Shown piece after piece: positions 1-9,158 of a stretch of DNA of 64,000 nt. The DNA comes from Verrucomicrobiota bacterium (GTDB taxonomy: Bacteria > Verrucomicrobiota > Verrucomicrobiia > Limisphaerales > CANJXF01), in contig JAYVSV010000068.1 in NCBI GenBank assembly GCA_043775015.1, positions 731 through 64,730 of the forward strand, read 5' to 3'. The first letter of the stretch is position 1. Each line of letters opens with the position of its first letter. The notes beneath the pieces were generated by a model that worked only from the letters and a program-made list of their open reading frames with translations, did no database searches and was not told where the DNA came from. Made by a program: the position numbers and the translations under genes.

Positions 1-2
1 TC

Positions 3-815
3 AGTGAACGAGCCATTGTTCTCCACGCGCCGCTTTATGTGATGGGACAGGCGCGAGAACGCGCGGACGTCGTAGCTCCCGAAATCACCGAGGATAAAAA
101 TGCTCCGATGTTTTTGATTTCCACACGAACGGAAGAGCAGGTGAGCAGCGGTTTCGGTTGGGGCCAGGTCGGTTGGGGCGCGCTTGGTTTGGTGCTTTGT
201 GTTGCCGGGTTTTTCATCCTGGACCACCGGATGAATCTTGAACCGGAGATAGTTAAATACCTGATCGCGGGAGGAATTTATTTGGCGGCATGTGTCGTTG
301 GCTGGGTTTTGATGGTGTTCAACAGCCTGATCGATTTGCGGCAACGGGTTCGCCAAGGCTGGTCACAGGTCGATGTGCAATTGAAACGGCGTTACGACTT
401 GATTCCGAATCTCGTGCAGACGGTGCAAGGCTTGCGGGATTACGAGCGAAATCTCCAAACGGAAATGGCCGGGTTGCGCAGCCAGCTAGGTGCGACCCCG
501 CCGGGAAAACCGGGTGCCGATTATCAAGCGGTTGGGAAGACGATGCTGGCGGTGGTGGAGAAATACCCGGAGTTAAAGAGTCAGGATGCGTTCGTAAATT
601 TGCAGAAAAATCTCATCGATACGGAGCAACGAATCGCTTTGGCGCGCGGTTATTTCAATGAGATCGCCACGTTTTATAACACGCGATTGGAAGTTGTTCC
701 CGATCGATTTATTGCCGCACTCGTGGCGATGAAGCCGGAGCAGTTGATGTCCGCGAACGACTTCGAACGCGCACCGGTCGAAGTTGATTTTGCTTCGTCG
801 AATACTGGCGCGTAG
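3..815 (+). CDS. lemA: LemA family protein with an N-terminal extension (probably a GIDE-like domain); 5' end lies outside the window
   Basis: LemA motifs SQVDVQLKRRYDLIPNLV and EKYPELKS...TEQRIALARGYFN. The frame is open from base 3 (ERAIVLHAPLYVMGQARER...FLISTRTEEQV), followed by two TM segments. Confidence 0.85.
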   Translation, partial: SERAIVLHAPLYVMGQARERADVVAPEITEDKNAPMFLISTRTEEQVSSGFGWGQVGWGALGLVLCVAGFFILDHRMNLEPEIVKYLIAGGIYLAACVVGWVLMVFNSLIDLRQRVRQGWSQVDVQLKRRYDLIPNLVQTVQGLRDYERNLQTEMAGLRSQLGATPPGKPGADYQAVGKTMLAVVEKYPELKSQDAFVNLQKNLIDTEQRIALARGYFNEIATFYNTRLEVVPDRFIAALVAMKPEQLMSANDFERAPVEVDFASSNTGA

Positions 816-856
816 TTCTGCGGATAGCCCTCTCGCGAATCGCATCGCAATAATAA

Positions 857-3247
857 TCAATCACCGAGCGCGGTCTCAATTTTGCAGTCGTCGCGGTTGA
901 AAATCAGAGTGATCGCGCCGGAATCGCGGCAGAAAATCAACCGGGCTTTTTGTGCGCCCAAGCGTTCGCGCAATTTGCGGGAAGCGCGTTTCGTGGCCGG
1001 AAATTCTGAATCTGTGACAATTATTGTGGTCGGCTGAATGAGTTCCAGCAGCGCGTCGCAGAGCGGTTCTTTTTGTGCGGGAATTCCAGAAACCACAATG
1101 TCGGTCCGCAAGTTATCTTCGCGGTCCGTCAAGGCGTTTTGGCCGGGTCGTCCCAACGACGCTAAAAGGAGGACTGATTTGCCGAACACATGGCCGCGAA
1201 GAACGATGGCTTTGTCGTCCGCTTGCGCGAACTGATCTTCCGCTTGCGGATGCAACACGGCCCAGTCTCGAACATGGCTGCCGGTGGACACGGTTTCGAA
1301 ATCTTCGGGTTTTGTTTTTAGCTGAGTGAGGATCTCGCGATACGCCGCCGATTTCGATGCCAGCGGGCTGGTGAAAGTGTGCGTGATTGTGAAATTGGTT
1401 TTGATCGTTTCATACCCTCCGACGTGGCGCAAATCGCCATGGGTCAGTAGGACGTTGGAAATTCTATTCACTCCTTGCGCGTGGAGAAATGGCTTCAAAA
1501 TCAAATCTGCCGAATGACTATCTCCGCAGTCGATCAATAGATCGTTTTCGCGGCCGGGAGCATCAACGAAAATGGCGCTCCCACCGTTGAGCGGCAAAAT
1601 GGTCATCTTCACGGTCTGCGATTCCGTGCGCCAACCCCAAAGCGAAAAAAGCAACGCACCGAGAGAAATGGCGAGCGCAAAAATTCTTTTTCGCGGCAAC
1701 CGAAACCAGCCATTCAAAGTGACGAGCAGCAGTGCGTAATAAATCAGGCAGGCCGCGAGCGACGGAGCAGGGACGTAAAAATACGAGCCTGGCCGAGTGG
1801 CGAACCAATGGCTCAGCCCGGCCATGAGGTTCATGAAAAACCATCCGGCGTGGTTGAAAAGTTCCGCGGCAAACGGGAACCAAGTTGCGCAAAACAGACT
1901 GCCGATATTGCTCATCAACGCGAGGCTTGCCAACGGGACAATCACGAGATTGGCCAACAAACTTACCGGTGTGAAGAGATGAAAATAGTAGGCCACGAGC
2001 GGCAACGAACCCAGCCAGGCGGCCAATGAGGTGGCGAAGCAGGTGGTGAGGTAATTGAGCGGCAGATCAAGTCGCTTGCGCCACGTTGGACGTAATTCCG
2101 GCGGCAACAACGGATCGGATTTCAGCAAACGCTCGCGGTGCTTGAGGAAGATGGGCAGGAAAAGAGCGATGCTCAAAACGACGAAGAAAGAAAGTTGGAA
2201 GCTCGCTTGAAAAAGCTGCTGTGGATCCCAAATCAAAATGATGAAGGCCGCCGCCGCTAGAGAATTCAGCAAGTCTGTGGGTCGTCTGAGCGCCCAACCA
2301 CCGACGATGATTGTCATCATGACGGTGGAACGAATCGCTGATGGCTGCCAGCCAGTCGCGGCGGTGTAAAACCAGACCAGCGCAATCGCGATCACCCCGC
2401 TGAGACTCCGGGGGAGCTGCATCACGCGAAGCAGCTCGATGAGAATTCCTGAAATCAGCGCGATGTGTAATCCACTGATCGCGAAAACATGCATGGTTCC
2501 CGAACGCATGAACGGTTCGCTGACCTCGTCGGTGAGCGCGGTTTTCCAGCCGAGCGTCATTGCCCAAACCAGTCGTAGCGATTCGTCTTCAGCACCTAAA
2601 CCTTTCGATAAACAATTTTGTGCCCAATCAATGCAGCGATCTGCGAACGGAGCATTTTTAGACGCGCCAATCAGTTGCCAATCGTTGGTTGAGGCGACCG
2701 CGAGTTGAAAATAAATTCCCTGCCGCTTGAGGTAAGTTTGGTAATCAAACAACCCTGGAGCCAGTGGACTTCTTGGCGCTTGAATGACGCCGGTCACTTC
2801 TGTCTCTTGTCCGCCGTGAAATTCTGCGCTGACGATGCCTGGCGTGCTGATGATGACGGTGCCCACGGCGGGACGCCACGCGCCCGATTTTTGAATGTGA
2901 CTGACTTCGATCTGTGCGAGCGTGCGCCAGGATTGTTCCTCGTCGATTTCGAAAACGCGGTGAGTTGGCGCAGCATTGAGTGTTCCTCGCAAACGGACGT
3001 ATTCCGTGCCTTTCGTGAGTTGTTTTCGCAGGTCGTTTGGCGCAAGGGCTTCAGCGCGCCAGCCCAAATTAATCCAGCCCGCTAAAATAATTAATGGCCA
3101 AAGGATGAAATCGCGCCGCCAGACGAAAGCGCCGATGAGCAGCGCAAACGCCGAGGCGAACAGCCAGAGCAACGGCGCGTGAAAGTTGTCCCCCAGCAGC
3201 AGTCCACTGCCATAGAGCAACGCCACGATGACGAGTGGTCGTTTCAT
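857..3247 (-). CDS. comEC: ComEC/Rec2 DNA uptake competence protein
   Basis: SGTMHVFAISGLHI, PSAIRS and SFQLSF competence-domain motifs; C-terminal beta-lactamase-like domain (LIDCG, LTHGDLRHVGG). Confidence 0.93.
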   Translation of the reverse strand: MKRPLVIVALLYGSGLLLGDNFHAPLLWLFASAFALLIGAFVWRRDFILWPLIILAGWINLGWRAEALAPNDLRKQLTKGTEYVRLRGTLNAAPTHRVFEIDEEQSWRTLAQIEVSHIQKSGAWRPAVGTVIISTPGIVSAEFHGGQETEVTGVIQAPRSPLAPGLFDYQTYLKRQGIYFQLAVASTNDWQLIGASKNAPFADRCIDWAQNCLSKGLGAEDESLRLVWAMTLGWKTALTDEVSEPFMRSGTMHVFAISGLHIALISGILIELLRVMQLPRSLSGVIAIALVWFYTAATGWQPSAIRSTVMMTIIVGGWALRRPTDLLNSLAAAAFIILIWDPQQLFQASFQLSFFVVLSIALFLPIFLKHRERLLKSDPLLPPELRPTWRKRLDLPLNYLTTCFATSLAAWLGSLPLVAYYFHLFTPVSLLANLVIVPLASLALMSNIGSLFCATWFPFAAELFNHAGWFFMNLMAGLSHWFATRPGSYFYVPAPSLAACLIYYALLLVTLNGWFRLPRKRIFALAISLGALLFSLWGWRTESQTVKMTILPLNGGSAIFVDAPGRENDLLIDCGDSHSADLILKPFLHAQGVNRISNVLLTHGDLRHVGGYETIKTNFTITHTFTSPLASKSAAYREILTQLKTKPEDFETVSTGSHVRDWAVLHPQAEDQFAQADDKAIVLRGHVFGKSVLLLASLGRPGQNALTDREDNLRTDIVVSGIPAQKEPLCDALLELIQPTTIIVTDSEFPATKRASRKLRERLGAQKARLIFCRDSGAITLIFNRDDCKIETALGD

Positions 3248-3253
3248 TTCTAT

Positions 3254-3712
3254 TTATTCCCAATATTTAAACCAGCCACCCAATTTCCAAAGGAGAATCA
3301 TGCCGGCCGTCGCACCCGTGGTATCGATCAACACATCCCAAACCGAGGCCTGTCGAGTTGAAACAAAGTACTGATGAAATTCATCGGTGGCCGCATACGT
3401 TGCCGAAACCAAAATCGCAAAGCCCGCCGTGCTCCAACGCCAGCCCTTCGTTTGCATGTTTAAATTATTTCGCCGTGCGCGCCAAAGCAGCAGGCCCAGG
3501 ATGGCGTATTCCGTCAGGTGTCCGCATTTCCGAACCGCAAACTGCACTCGCTCCACGGCCTGATCACTTATAGTCGGCACCAACCAATGTAGAAACGGGA
3601 CGATAATCCGCGAGGTGTTTTTGGGCGCGCCCAAATTGGTGGACCCGCCAAAGATCAGAATCATCCAGAGGACGACCGGCAACCAATATTTGAAAAAACG
3701 TATGGCGAGCAC
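3254..3712 (-). CDS. VanZ family membrane protein
   Basis: VRKCGHLTEYAILG and YAATDEFHQYFVSTRQASVWDVLID motifs. A GTG start at 3712 is assumed; the ORF is open to 3913. Confidence 0.85.
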   Translation of the reverse strand: MLAIRFFKYWLPVVLWMILIFGGSTNLGAPKNTSRIIVPFLHWLVPTISDQAVERVQFAVRKCGHLTEYAILGLLLWRARRNNLNMQTKGWRWSTAGFAILVSATYAATDEFHQYFVSTRQASVWDVLIDTTGATAGMILLWKLGGWFKYWE

Positions 3713-3917
3713 GGCGGATGAAAGCAGGGCGGTTTGAAGGTTTGCAATGAAATTTCTTGGAAGCGGGTTTGAAAATGGCAGCGTCGGGCACCTCGTCCCG
3801 CCGCTTCCATCGACGGCTGGTCTCAGGGTTTTCAAAACATGCTCTCGGAAAAAACGTCCGAACCAAGCGGTCGTGGAAAGTTCCGGTTTGCTAATAAATC
3901 TATTCTCTGGCAATCCA

Positions 3918-5513
3918 ATGCCCCGTATGAAAATGGTTCAAACACTTTTAATTGGTTGTATTTTTGGAGTCGCTGCGTTGGGAAGATTGTCCGCCGCTGC
4001 GTCGGATGATTTTCTGGCGAGCACTCATTTTATTGGGAGCGCCGCGCTCGCCAACAACACCAATGCGGCCAAGCTCAAGGCGATTTTTGCCTTGCCGGAA
4101 ACCCGCACGTTTCAAAGTAATGTTTTGCAAACGGCGGCGGCGATGGCGGCGACATTTCTCGGAGATAAATCGGCTAATCAGAACGATTTGATCCGACCGA
4201 TGCTCGACGATTTGCTCAGTGCGGAATCAATGGCCGAGCTTCGTGGAACAACTCCAGCCAACGCGGAATTATTTTTGGCCGTTCAATTGAAAGAAGACCG
4301 TTCCCGCTTGTGGGAATCCAACCTCCTTCAGCTCACCAAAGCGAAATCCAAACCGGTTAAAGCGGGCGATGTTTCCGGTTGGCAAAACAGATTGAGTCAG
4401 CGAGAAAAATTTGTCGGCTTTTATCGCGTCGGAAAATGGACCGCCGTTGTGATTGGTGCGGAGCAGTCCCCGGCGCAATCTGATTTTTTAAAGCGACTCG
4501 GCAAAGAGACCTCCGCCGCGTCCGCCAAAAACTGGCTTGAAGCCGATTTGGATTTGCCTCGATTGAAAATGTTGCTGCCCGAGATTGATGAGTGGCCCGT
4601 CAAGCTCGCCCGGACAGAAATTAAAATCAACGGCCAGAGTGACAATTTGCGGACGACCGTTCGCGCAATTTATCCCGGGAAAATTGATTGGAAATCCGAG
4701 GCGTGGAATATTCCGAAAAATACCATTCGCGATCCGTTGATCAGTTTCAGCGCTGCGCAAAAACTCGCGCCGTTTTTCAAGCCGTGGAAAGCCGCCGACT
4801 CGCTGGGGTTTAATCTGCTGACGAACCAGATTTTTTTCTGGGCGCAATCGCAGATGCCTTTTCAATCCTATTTTGCTCTGCCCGTCAAAGATCCCACGAA
4901 CATGTTGAAAGCGCTTGCCCCAAGGTTGGAGCAAACGTTCAATCCCGTTTTGGCAAAACGCGATGGCGGAACGCTGAACATGGCCAGCAACAAAACTGAA
5001 ATGTATTGGCAAGGACTGCCGCCGTTGATTGTTCCATTTTTGCGCCCGGTTCGGGAAACCAATGGCACCGAGTTATTGATCGCTGGATTATTTCCGTTGG
5101 TTCCGAGTTCAAACGTGCCGCCGGCGGAATTGTTTGGACAGGTGACGGGCAAGAGCAACCTGGTTTTGTACGATTGGGAAATTACGGAAACAAGACTTTC
5201 GCAGGCGCGGTTTGTCAGCCAGTTGCTGCCGTTCTTTTCGGGCGAATTAATCAGAACAAATGCGGATGGAACCATGCGATCGGTCATGCCCTGGATGCCA
5301 CAGGAGAAGTGGCTCCTCGCGGTCGGGCCGATGCTCGGCAACACAATCACCGAAGTAACTTTTAAAGCGCCGAATGAATTGTATATGGTCCGCAAATCAC
5401 ACATCGGATTGAACAGTAGCGAGTTGATTTTCCTTTCCCATTGGTTGGCGACAAAAACTTTTCCTCACACCAAGCCGGTGATGCCAGCTCGTGTTGCTCC
5501 GAAATCTCCCTAG
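3918..5513 (+). CDS. Hypothetical exported protein
   Basis: Long ORF with a signal-peptide-like N-terminus, ending 7 nt before pdxJ. No motif recognised. Confidence 0.7.
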   Translation: MPRMKMVQTLLIGCIFGVAALGRLSAAASDDFLASTHFIGSAALANNTNAAKLKAIFALPETRTFQSNVLQTAAAMAATFLGDKSANQNDLIRPMLDDLLSAESMAELRGTTPANAELFLAVQLKEDRSRLWESNLLQLTKAKSKPVKAGDVSGWQNRLSQREKFVGFYRVGKWTAVVIGAEQSPAQSDFLKRLGKETSAASAKNWLEADLDLPRLKMLLPEIDEWPVKLARTEIKINGQSDNLRTTVRAIYPGKIDWKSEAWNIPKNTIRDPLISFSAAQKLAPFFKPWKAADSLGFNLLTNQIFFWAQSQMPFQSYFALPVKDPTNMLKALAPRLEQTFNPVLAKRDGGTLNMASNKTEMYWQGLPPLIVPFLRPVRETNGTELLIAGLFPLVPSSNVPPAELFGQVTGKSNLVLYDWEITETRLSQARFVSQLLPFFSGELIRTNADGTMRSVMPWMPQEKWLLAVGPMLGNTITEVTFKAPNELYMVRKSHIGLNSSELIFLSHWLATKTFPHTKPVMPARVAPKSP

Positions 5514-5520
5514 CACTTTT

Positions 5521-6264
5521 ATGCTGAAACTTGGGGTCAATATTGATCATGTCGCGACGCTCCGGGAGGCGCGTTATCGCGGGATGGATTTAGGGGAACC
5601 CGATCCGGTGGAAGCCGCGAAAATATCCGAGGCATCTGGCGCGCAGGGAATCACCGCGCACCTTCGCGAAGATAGACGGCATATTCAAGATCGCGACATG
5701 TGGAGGCTGCGCGAGGTGGTGAAGACGCGTTTGAATTTCGAAATGGCCAATTCGCCGGAGATTGTGCAAATGGCGATAAAGCTGAAACCGGAAATCGTTT
5801 GTCTGGTTCCGGAGCGGCGTCAGGAGGTGACGACAGAAGGAGGATTGGATGCGGTTGGTTACGAGGGTGAGTTGACTGAAACCCGGAAGAAAATGAATGA
5901 TGCCGGGATCGACGTGAGCCTTTTTATTGCGCCTGATTTGGATCAAGTCGAATCTGCATCACGCATTGGCGCGCAATTTATCGAGCTTCATACCGGCGCG
6001 TTCGCGGAATATTTTCAGAGCAAACGAGAACGAAATGAAGAGATCCAAAGATTGATTGCCGCTTCCGAGCGGGCGCATCAACTCGGCGTTCAGGTGAATG
6101 CCGGACATGGCCTCAATTATCAAAATTTAAGTTTGATCCATCTCGTTCCGCACCTCATCGAATTGAACATCGGTCATAGCATCGTCAGCCGCGCGATTGT
6201 CGTCGGGCTTGCCGCCGCTGTGAAGGAAATGCTTGCGCTGATGGAGAATTATCCTGCGCCATGA
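5521..6264 (+). CDS. pdxJ: Pyridoxine 5'-phosphate synthase
   Basis: LGVNIDHVATLREAR, HLREDRRHIQ, NAGHGLNY and ELNIGHSIV motifs. Confidence 0.97.
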   Translation: MLKLGVNIDHVATLREARYRGMDLGEPDPVEAAKISEASGAQGITAHLREDRRHIQDRDMWRLREVVKTRLNFEMANSPEIVQMAIKLKPEIVCLVPERRQEVTTEGGLDAVGYEGELTETRKKMNDAGIDVSLFIAPDLDQVESASRIGAQFIELHTGAFAEYFQSKRERNEEIQRLIAASERAHQLGVQVNAGHGLNYQNLSLIHLVPHLIELNIGHSIVSRAIVVGLAAAVKEMLALMENYPAP

Positions 6265-6638
6265 TCCTTGGCACCGGCATTGATTTCATCGAAGTGGCGC
6301 GCATCGAGGCCTCCTTCCAAAAATTTGGCGACCGTTTTCTCCAGCGCATTTTGCGTCCACCAGAGATTGCTTATTGCCTTTCGCACAAGCGACCCGCGCC
6401 ATTTTTGGCGGCAAGATTTTCAGCGAAGGAAGCCATCTCGAAAGCGTTCGGTACTGGAATTGGCGCGCAACTCGGCTGGCAGGACATGGAAGTCGGACGC
6501 AAGGAAAGTGGCGAGCCGTTTGTGATTTTACACGAGAACGGTCAAAAACTTTTGCAGCAACGCGGCGCGCGCATCGTTCACTTGAGTTTGACCCACACCG
6601 ATCAACACGCCTCTGCCGTTGCGATTCTGGAAAGTTAA
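6261..6638 (+). CDS. acpS: Holo-ACP synthase
   Basis: GTGIDFIEVARI, ARFSAKEAISKAFGTG and HLSLTH motifs; 4-nt overlap with pdxJ. Confidence 0.96.
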   Translation: MILGTGIDFIEVARIEASFQKFGDRFLQRILRPPEIAYCLSHKRPAPFLAARFSAKEAISKAFGTGIGAQLGWQDMEVGRKESGEPFVILHENGQKLLQQRGARIVHLSLTHTDQHASAVAILES

Positions 6639-6641
6639 TTT

Positions 6642-7667
6642 GTGGCGCGTTTAAATTTTTTCTTTGTCGCCGCATTCCTCGCGCTTTGTTCTTGCGCTCA
6701 TTTTGACTCCGGCAAAGCCGAGCCACGTTCGCGTTATGAGTTCACCGAACCGCAGATGGGTTTGCCCTTTCGCATCGTGCTTTATTCGAAAAATGACTCC
6801 GAAGCAAAAGCCGCTGCCGCTGCCGCCTTCGCGCGCGTCAAGCAACTCAATGGCATTTTGAGCGACTACGATCCCGAGAGCGAATTGAGCCAACTTTCTC
6901 AAAGCTCTGGCACCGGGCAGAGAGTCAAGTTAAGCAGCGATCTCTGGTTTGTTTTGCAGCGAGCACAAATTTTGGCGGAGCAGAGTGGGGGAGCATTTGA
7001 TGTCACCGTCGGGCCGTTTATCAATCTGTGGCGCAAGGCGCGGCGCGAGAAAAAAATGCCGGATGCCGATCTGCTCGCCGAGGCGCGAAAGGCGGTGGGA
7101 TACAAAAATCTGCGGCTCGATTCTAAAAATCATACTGCGGAACTTCTCGTGCCAAAGATGCGGCTTGATTTGGGTTCCATCGCCAAGGGATTCGCCGTGG
7201 ATGAAGGGTTGAGAGTTTTGCGGCGACGGGGAATGACTTCCGCGCTCGTGGCGGGCGCGGGCGATTTGGCGGTCGGCGAACCTCCACCGGGGAAAAAAGG
7301 GTGGCGAATCGAAATCGCACCGCTCGATGCGCCGGACGCGCCGACGAAGAAATCTGTTCTGCTGAAGAACGCCGCGCTCGGAACGTCTGGCGATTTATTT
7401 CAGCGCCTGGAAATCGACGGCAAACGTTACTCGCACATTGTCGATCCGCACACCGGCCTCGGCTTGACCGACCACAGTTTGGTGAATGCGATTGCCCGAG
7501 ATTGTATCACCGCCAATACGCTGGCGACGACGGTCAGTGTTCTCGGTCCGGAAAAGGGATTGAAGTTGACGCAAAAAACTTCTCATGCCGCCATTCGTAT
7601 TCTGCGGAAGCCCGGTGAGCAAATTGAAGAATTCGAATCGAGTGGATTTAAGAAATTCTACGAATAA
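6642..7667 (+). CDS. apbE: FAD:protein FMN transferase (ApbE), lipoprotein
   Basis: GAFDVTVGP, LDLGSIAKGFAVD, GTSGD and RYSHIVDPHTG motifs; lipobox-like LCSC. Confidence 0.95.
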   Translation: MARLNFFFVAAFLALCSCAHFDSGKAEPRSRYEFTEPQMGLPFRIVLYSKNDSEAKAAAAAAFARVKQLNGILSDYDPESELSQLSQSSGTGQRVKLSSDLWFVLQRAQILAEQSGGAFDVTVGPFINLWRKARREKKMPDADLLAEARKAVGYKNLRLDSKNHTAELLVPKMRLDLGSIAKGFAVDEGLRVLRRRGMTSALVAGAGDLAVGEPPPGKKGWRIEIAPLDAPDAPTKKSVLLKNAALGTSGDLFQRLEIDGKRYSHIVDPHTGLGLTDHSLVNAIARDCITANTLATTVSVLGPEKGLKLTQKTSHAAIRILRKPGEQIEEFESSGFKKFYE

Positions 7668-7670
7668 GGC

Positions 7671-7765
7671 GGTAGGGCGCGTCACTCCGTGCGCGCCGTC
7701 GTCGGTCAAAAATTGCGCAGTTTTCTCGCCACATGAACGGCGCGCACGGAGTGGCACGCCCTACC
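7671..7765. repeat. REP-like inverted doublet (GTAG + palindrome)
   Basis: ggtagggcgcgtcactccgtgcgcgccgt (7671-7699) and its near-perfect reverse complement (7737-7765). Each arm is GTAG followed by an internal hairpin. Confidence 0.8.
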
Positions 7766-7828
7766 CATTACGACAAAAAAAGAGACGCCTCTATCGAAAC
7801 GTCTCTTTCACGGCAATTTAGATAAACT

Positions 7829-9136
7829 TTAGACCGCAATTGTCTTGCCCGGAATCGCGATCGCATAACGACCATTTTTATCGGGCAACGTTGGCGGATT
7901 TGCATCCCACGCAAAAACTTTCGGCATCAAATCGATTTTCGAATTAATCGCATCATCCCATTCGATCGCTTTTCCAGAATAAGTTGCCATGCGTCCCATG
8001 ATCGAAGTCATGGTGCTGTGCGCGCCGTTTTCCGCTTCGTTGTAAGGTTTGTCGGTGCGGATGGCTTTGAACAAGTCGTTGTGCTCCTGCTGATACGGAT
8101 CAAGCGCGCCTTGTTTGTCAAATTTCCACGGATTCGCTCCACGAATGATGTGGCCGCTGACATCGCAATTACCTTTCGTGCCAATGACATGTTCGGAAAC
8201 GCTGCTCCAGACTCCTTCAATGTGTTCGCATTGGCTGAAAAGGCGGGAGCCGTCGGCGTATTCATATTCCACCGCGTGATGGTCGAAAATTTCGCCGTGA
8301 TCAATTCCGGTGCGGACCTGGCGCCCACCCATTCCGTGACAACGAACCGGGTGACCTTTTTTCACCCAATTGATCACGTCCAAATTGTGGATGTGTTGTT
8401 CGTTGATATGATCGCCGCAGAGCCAGTTGAAATAATACCAATTGCGCATTTGATATTCCATTTCGGTTTGGCCGGCTTGACGAGCGCGCACCCAAACTCC
8501 GCCGCCGTTCCAATAACAACGCATCGCCACGATGTCGCCGATGGCACCGGCGTGCAGTCGTTCCATCGTTTCGAGGTAGCCGAGTTGATGATGACGTTGC
8601 AAACCAACGCCGACTTTTAGATTTTTTTGTTTCGCTTCAGCGGCGGCAGCGAGAACGCGACGAACCCCGGGAGCATCGACTGCGACGGGCTTCTCCATGA
8701 AAACATGTTTGCCTTGCTTGACCGCTTCTTCGAAATGAATCGGGCGAAAACCGGGAGACGTTGCCAGAATCACCACATCGGCGAGAGCGATCGCCTTCTT
8801 GTAAGCGTCGAAGCCGACAAAGCGATTTTCTTCTGGAACCGCAACTTTGTCGCCGTGCTCTTTGCGCAAGTTGTTGAGGCAGTTTTCCAAGTTGTTTTGA
8901 AACGCATCCGCGATGGCTACGAGTTTCAGATTGCTGTCCGCACTGAGCGCCTGATTCGCCGCACCGGAACCGCGACCGCCGCAGCCGATCAACGCGATTT
9001 TCAGAGTGCCATTGTTTTGGGCAAAGGCTTTGGTACCGGCCAGCAGCGAACTGCCAATCGCCGCCGTTGCGGTTGTTTTGATGAAGTCCCGGCGCGTGAA
9101 ATTGCTGTCGGGCATTTGAGGTTCGTTTGGATTCAT
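7829..9136 (-). CDS. Tat-exported Gfo/Idh/MocA family oxidoreductase
   Basis: TRRDFIK twin-arginine signal, LIGCGGRG Rossmann motif, FMEKPVA and EQHIHNLDV. Confidence 0.92.
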   Translation of the reverse strand: MNPNEPQMPDSNFTRRDFIKTTATAAIGSSLLAGTKAFAQNNGTLKIALIGCGGRGSGAANQALSADSNLKLVAIADAFQNNLENCLNNLRKEHGDKVAVPEENRFVGFDAYKKAIALADVVILATSPGFRPIHFEEAVKQGKHVFMEKPVAVDAPGVRRVLAAAAEAKQKNLKVGVGLQRHHQLGYLETMERLHAGAIGDIVAMRCYWNGGGVWVRARQAGQTEMEYQMRNWYYFNWLCGDHINEQHIHNLDVINWVKKGHPVRCHGMGGRQVRTGIDHGEIFDHHAVEYEYADGSRLFSQCEHIEGVWSSVSEHVIGTKGNCDVSGHIIRGANPWKFDKQGALDPYQQEHNDLFKAIRTDKPYNEAENGAHSTMTSIMGRMATYSGKAIEWDDAINSKIDLMPKVFAWDANPPTLPDKNGRYAIAIPGKTIAV

Positions 9137-9158
9137 GTTTTGAAGTAAAAGGGTTTTC

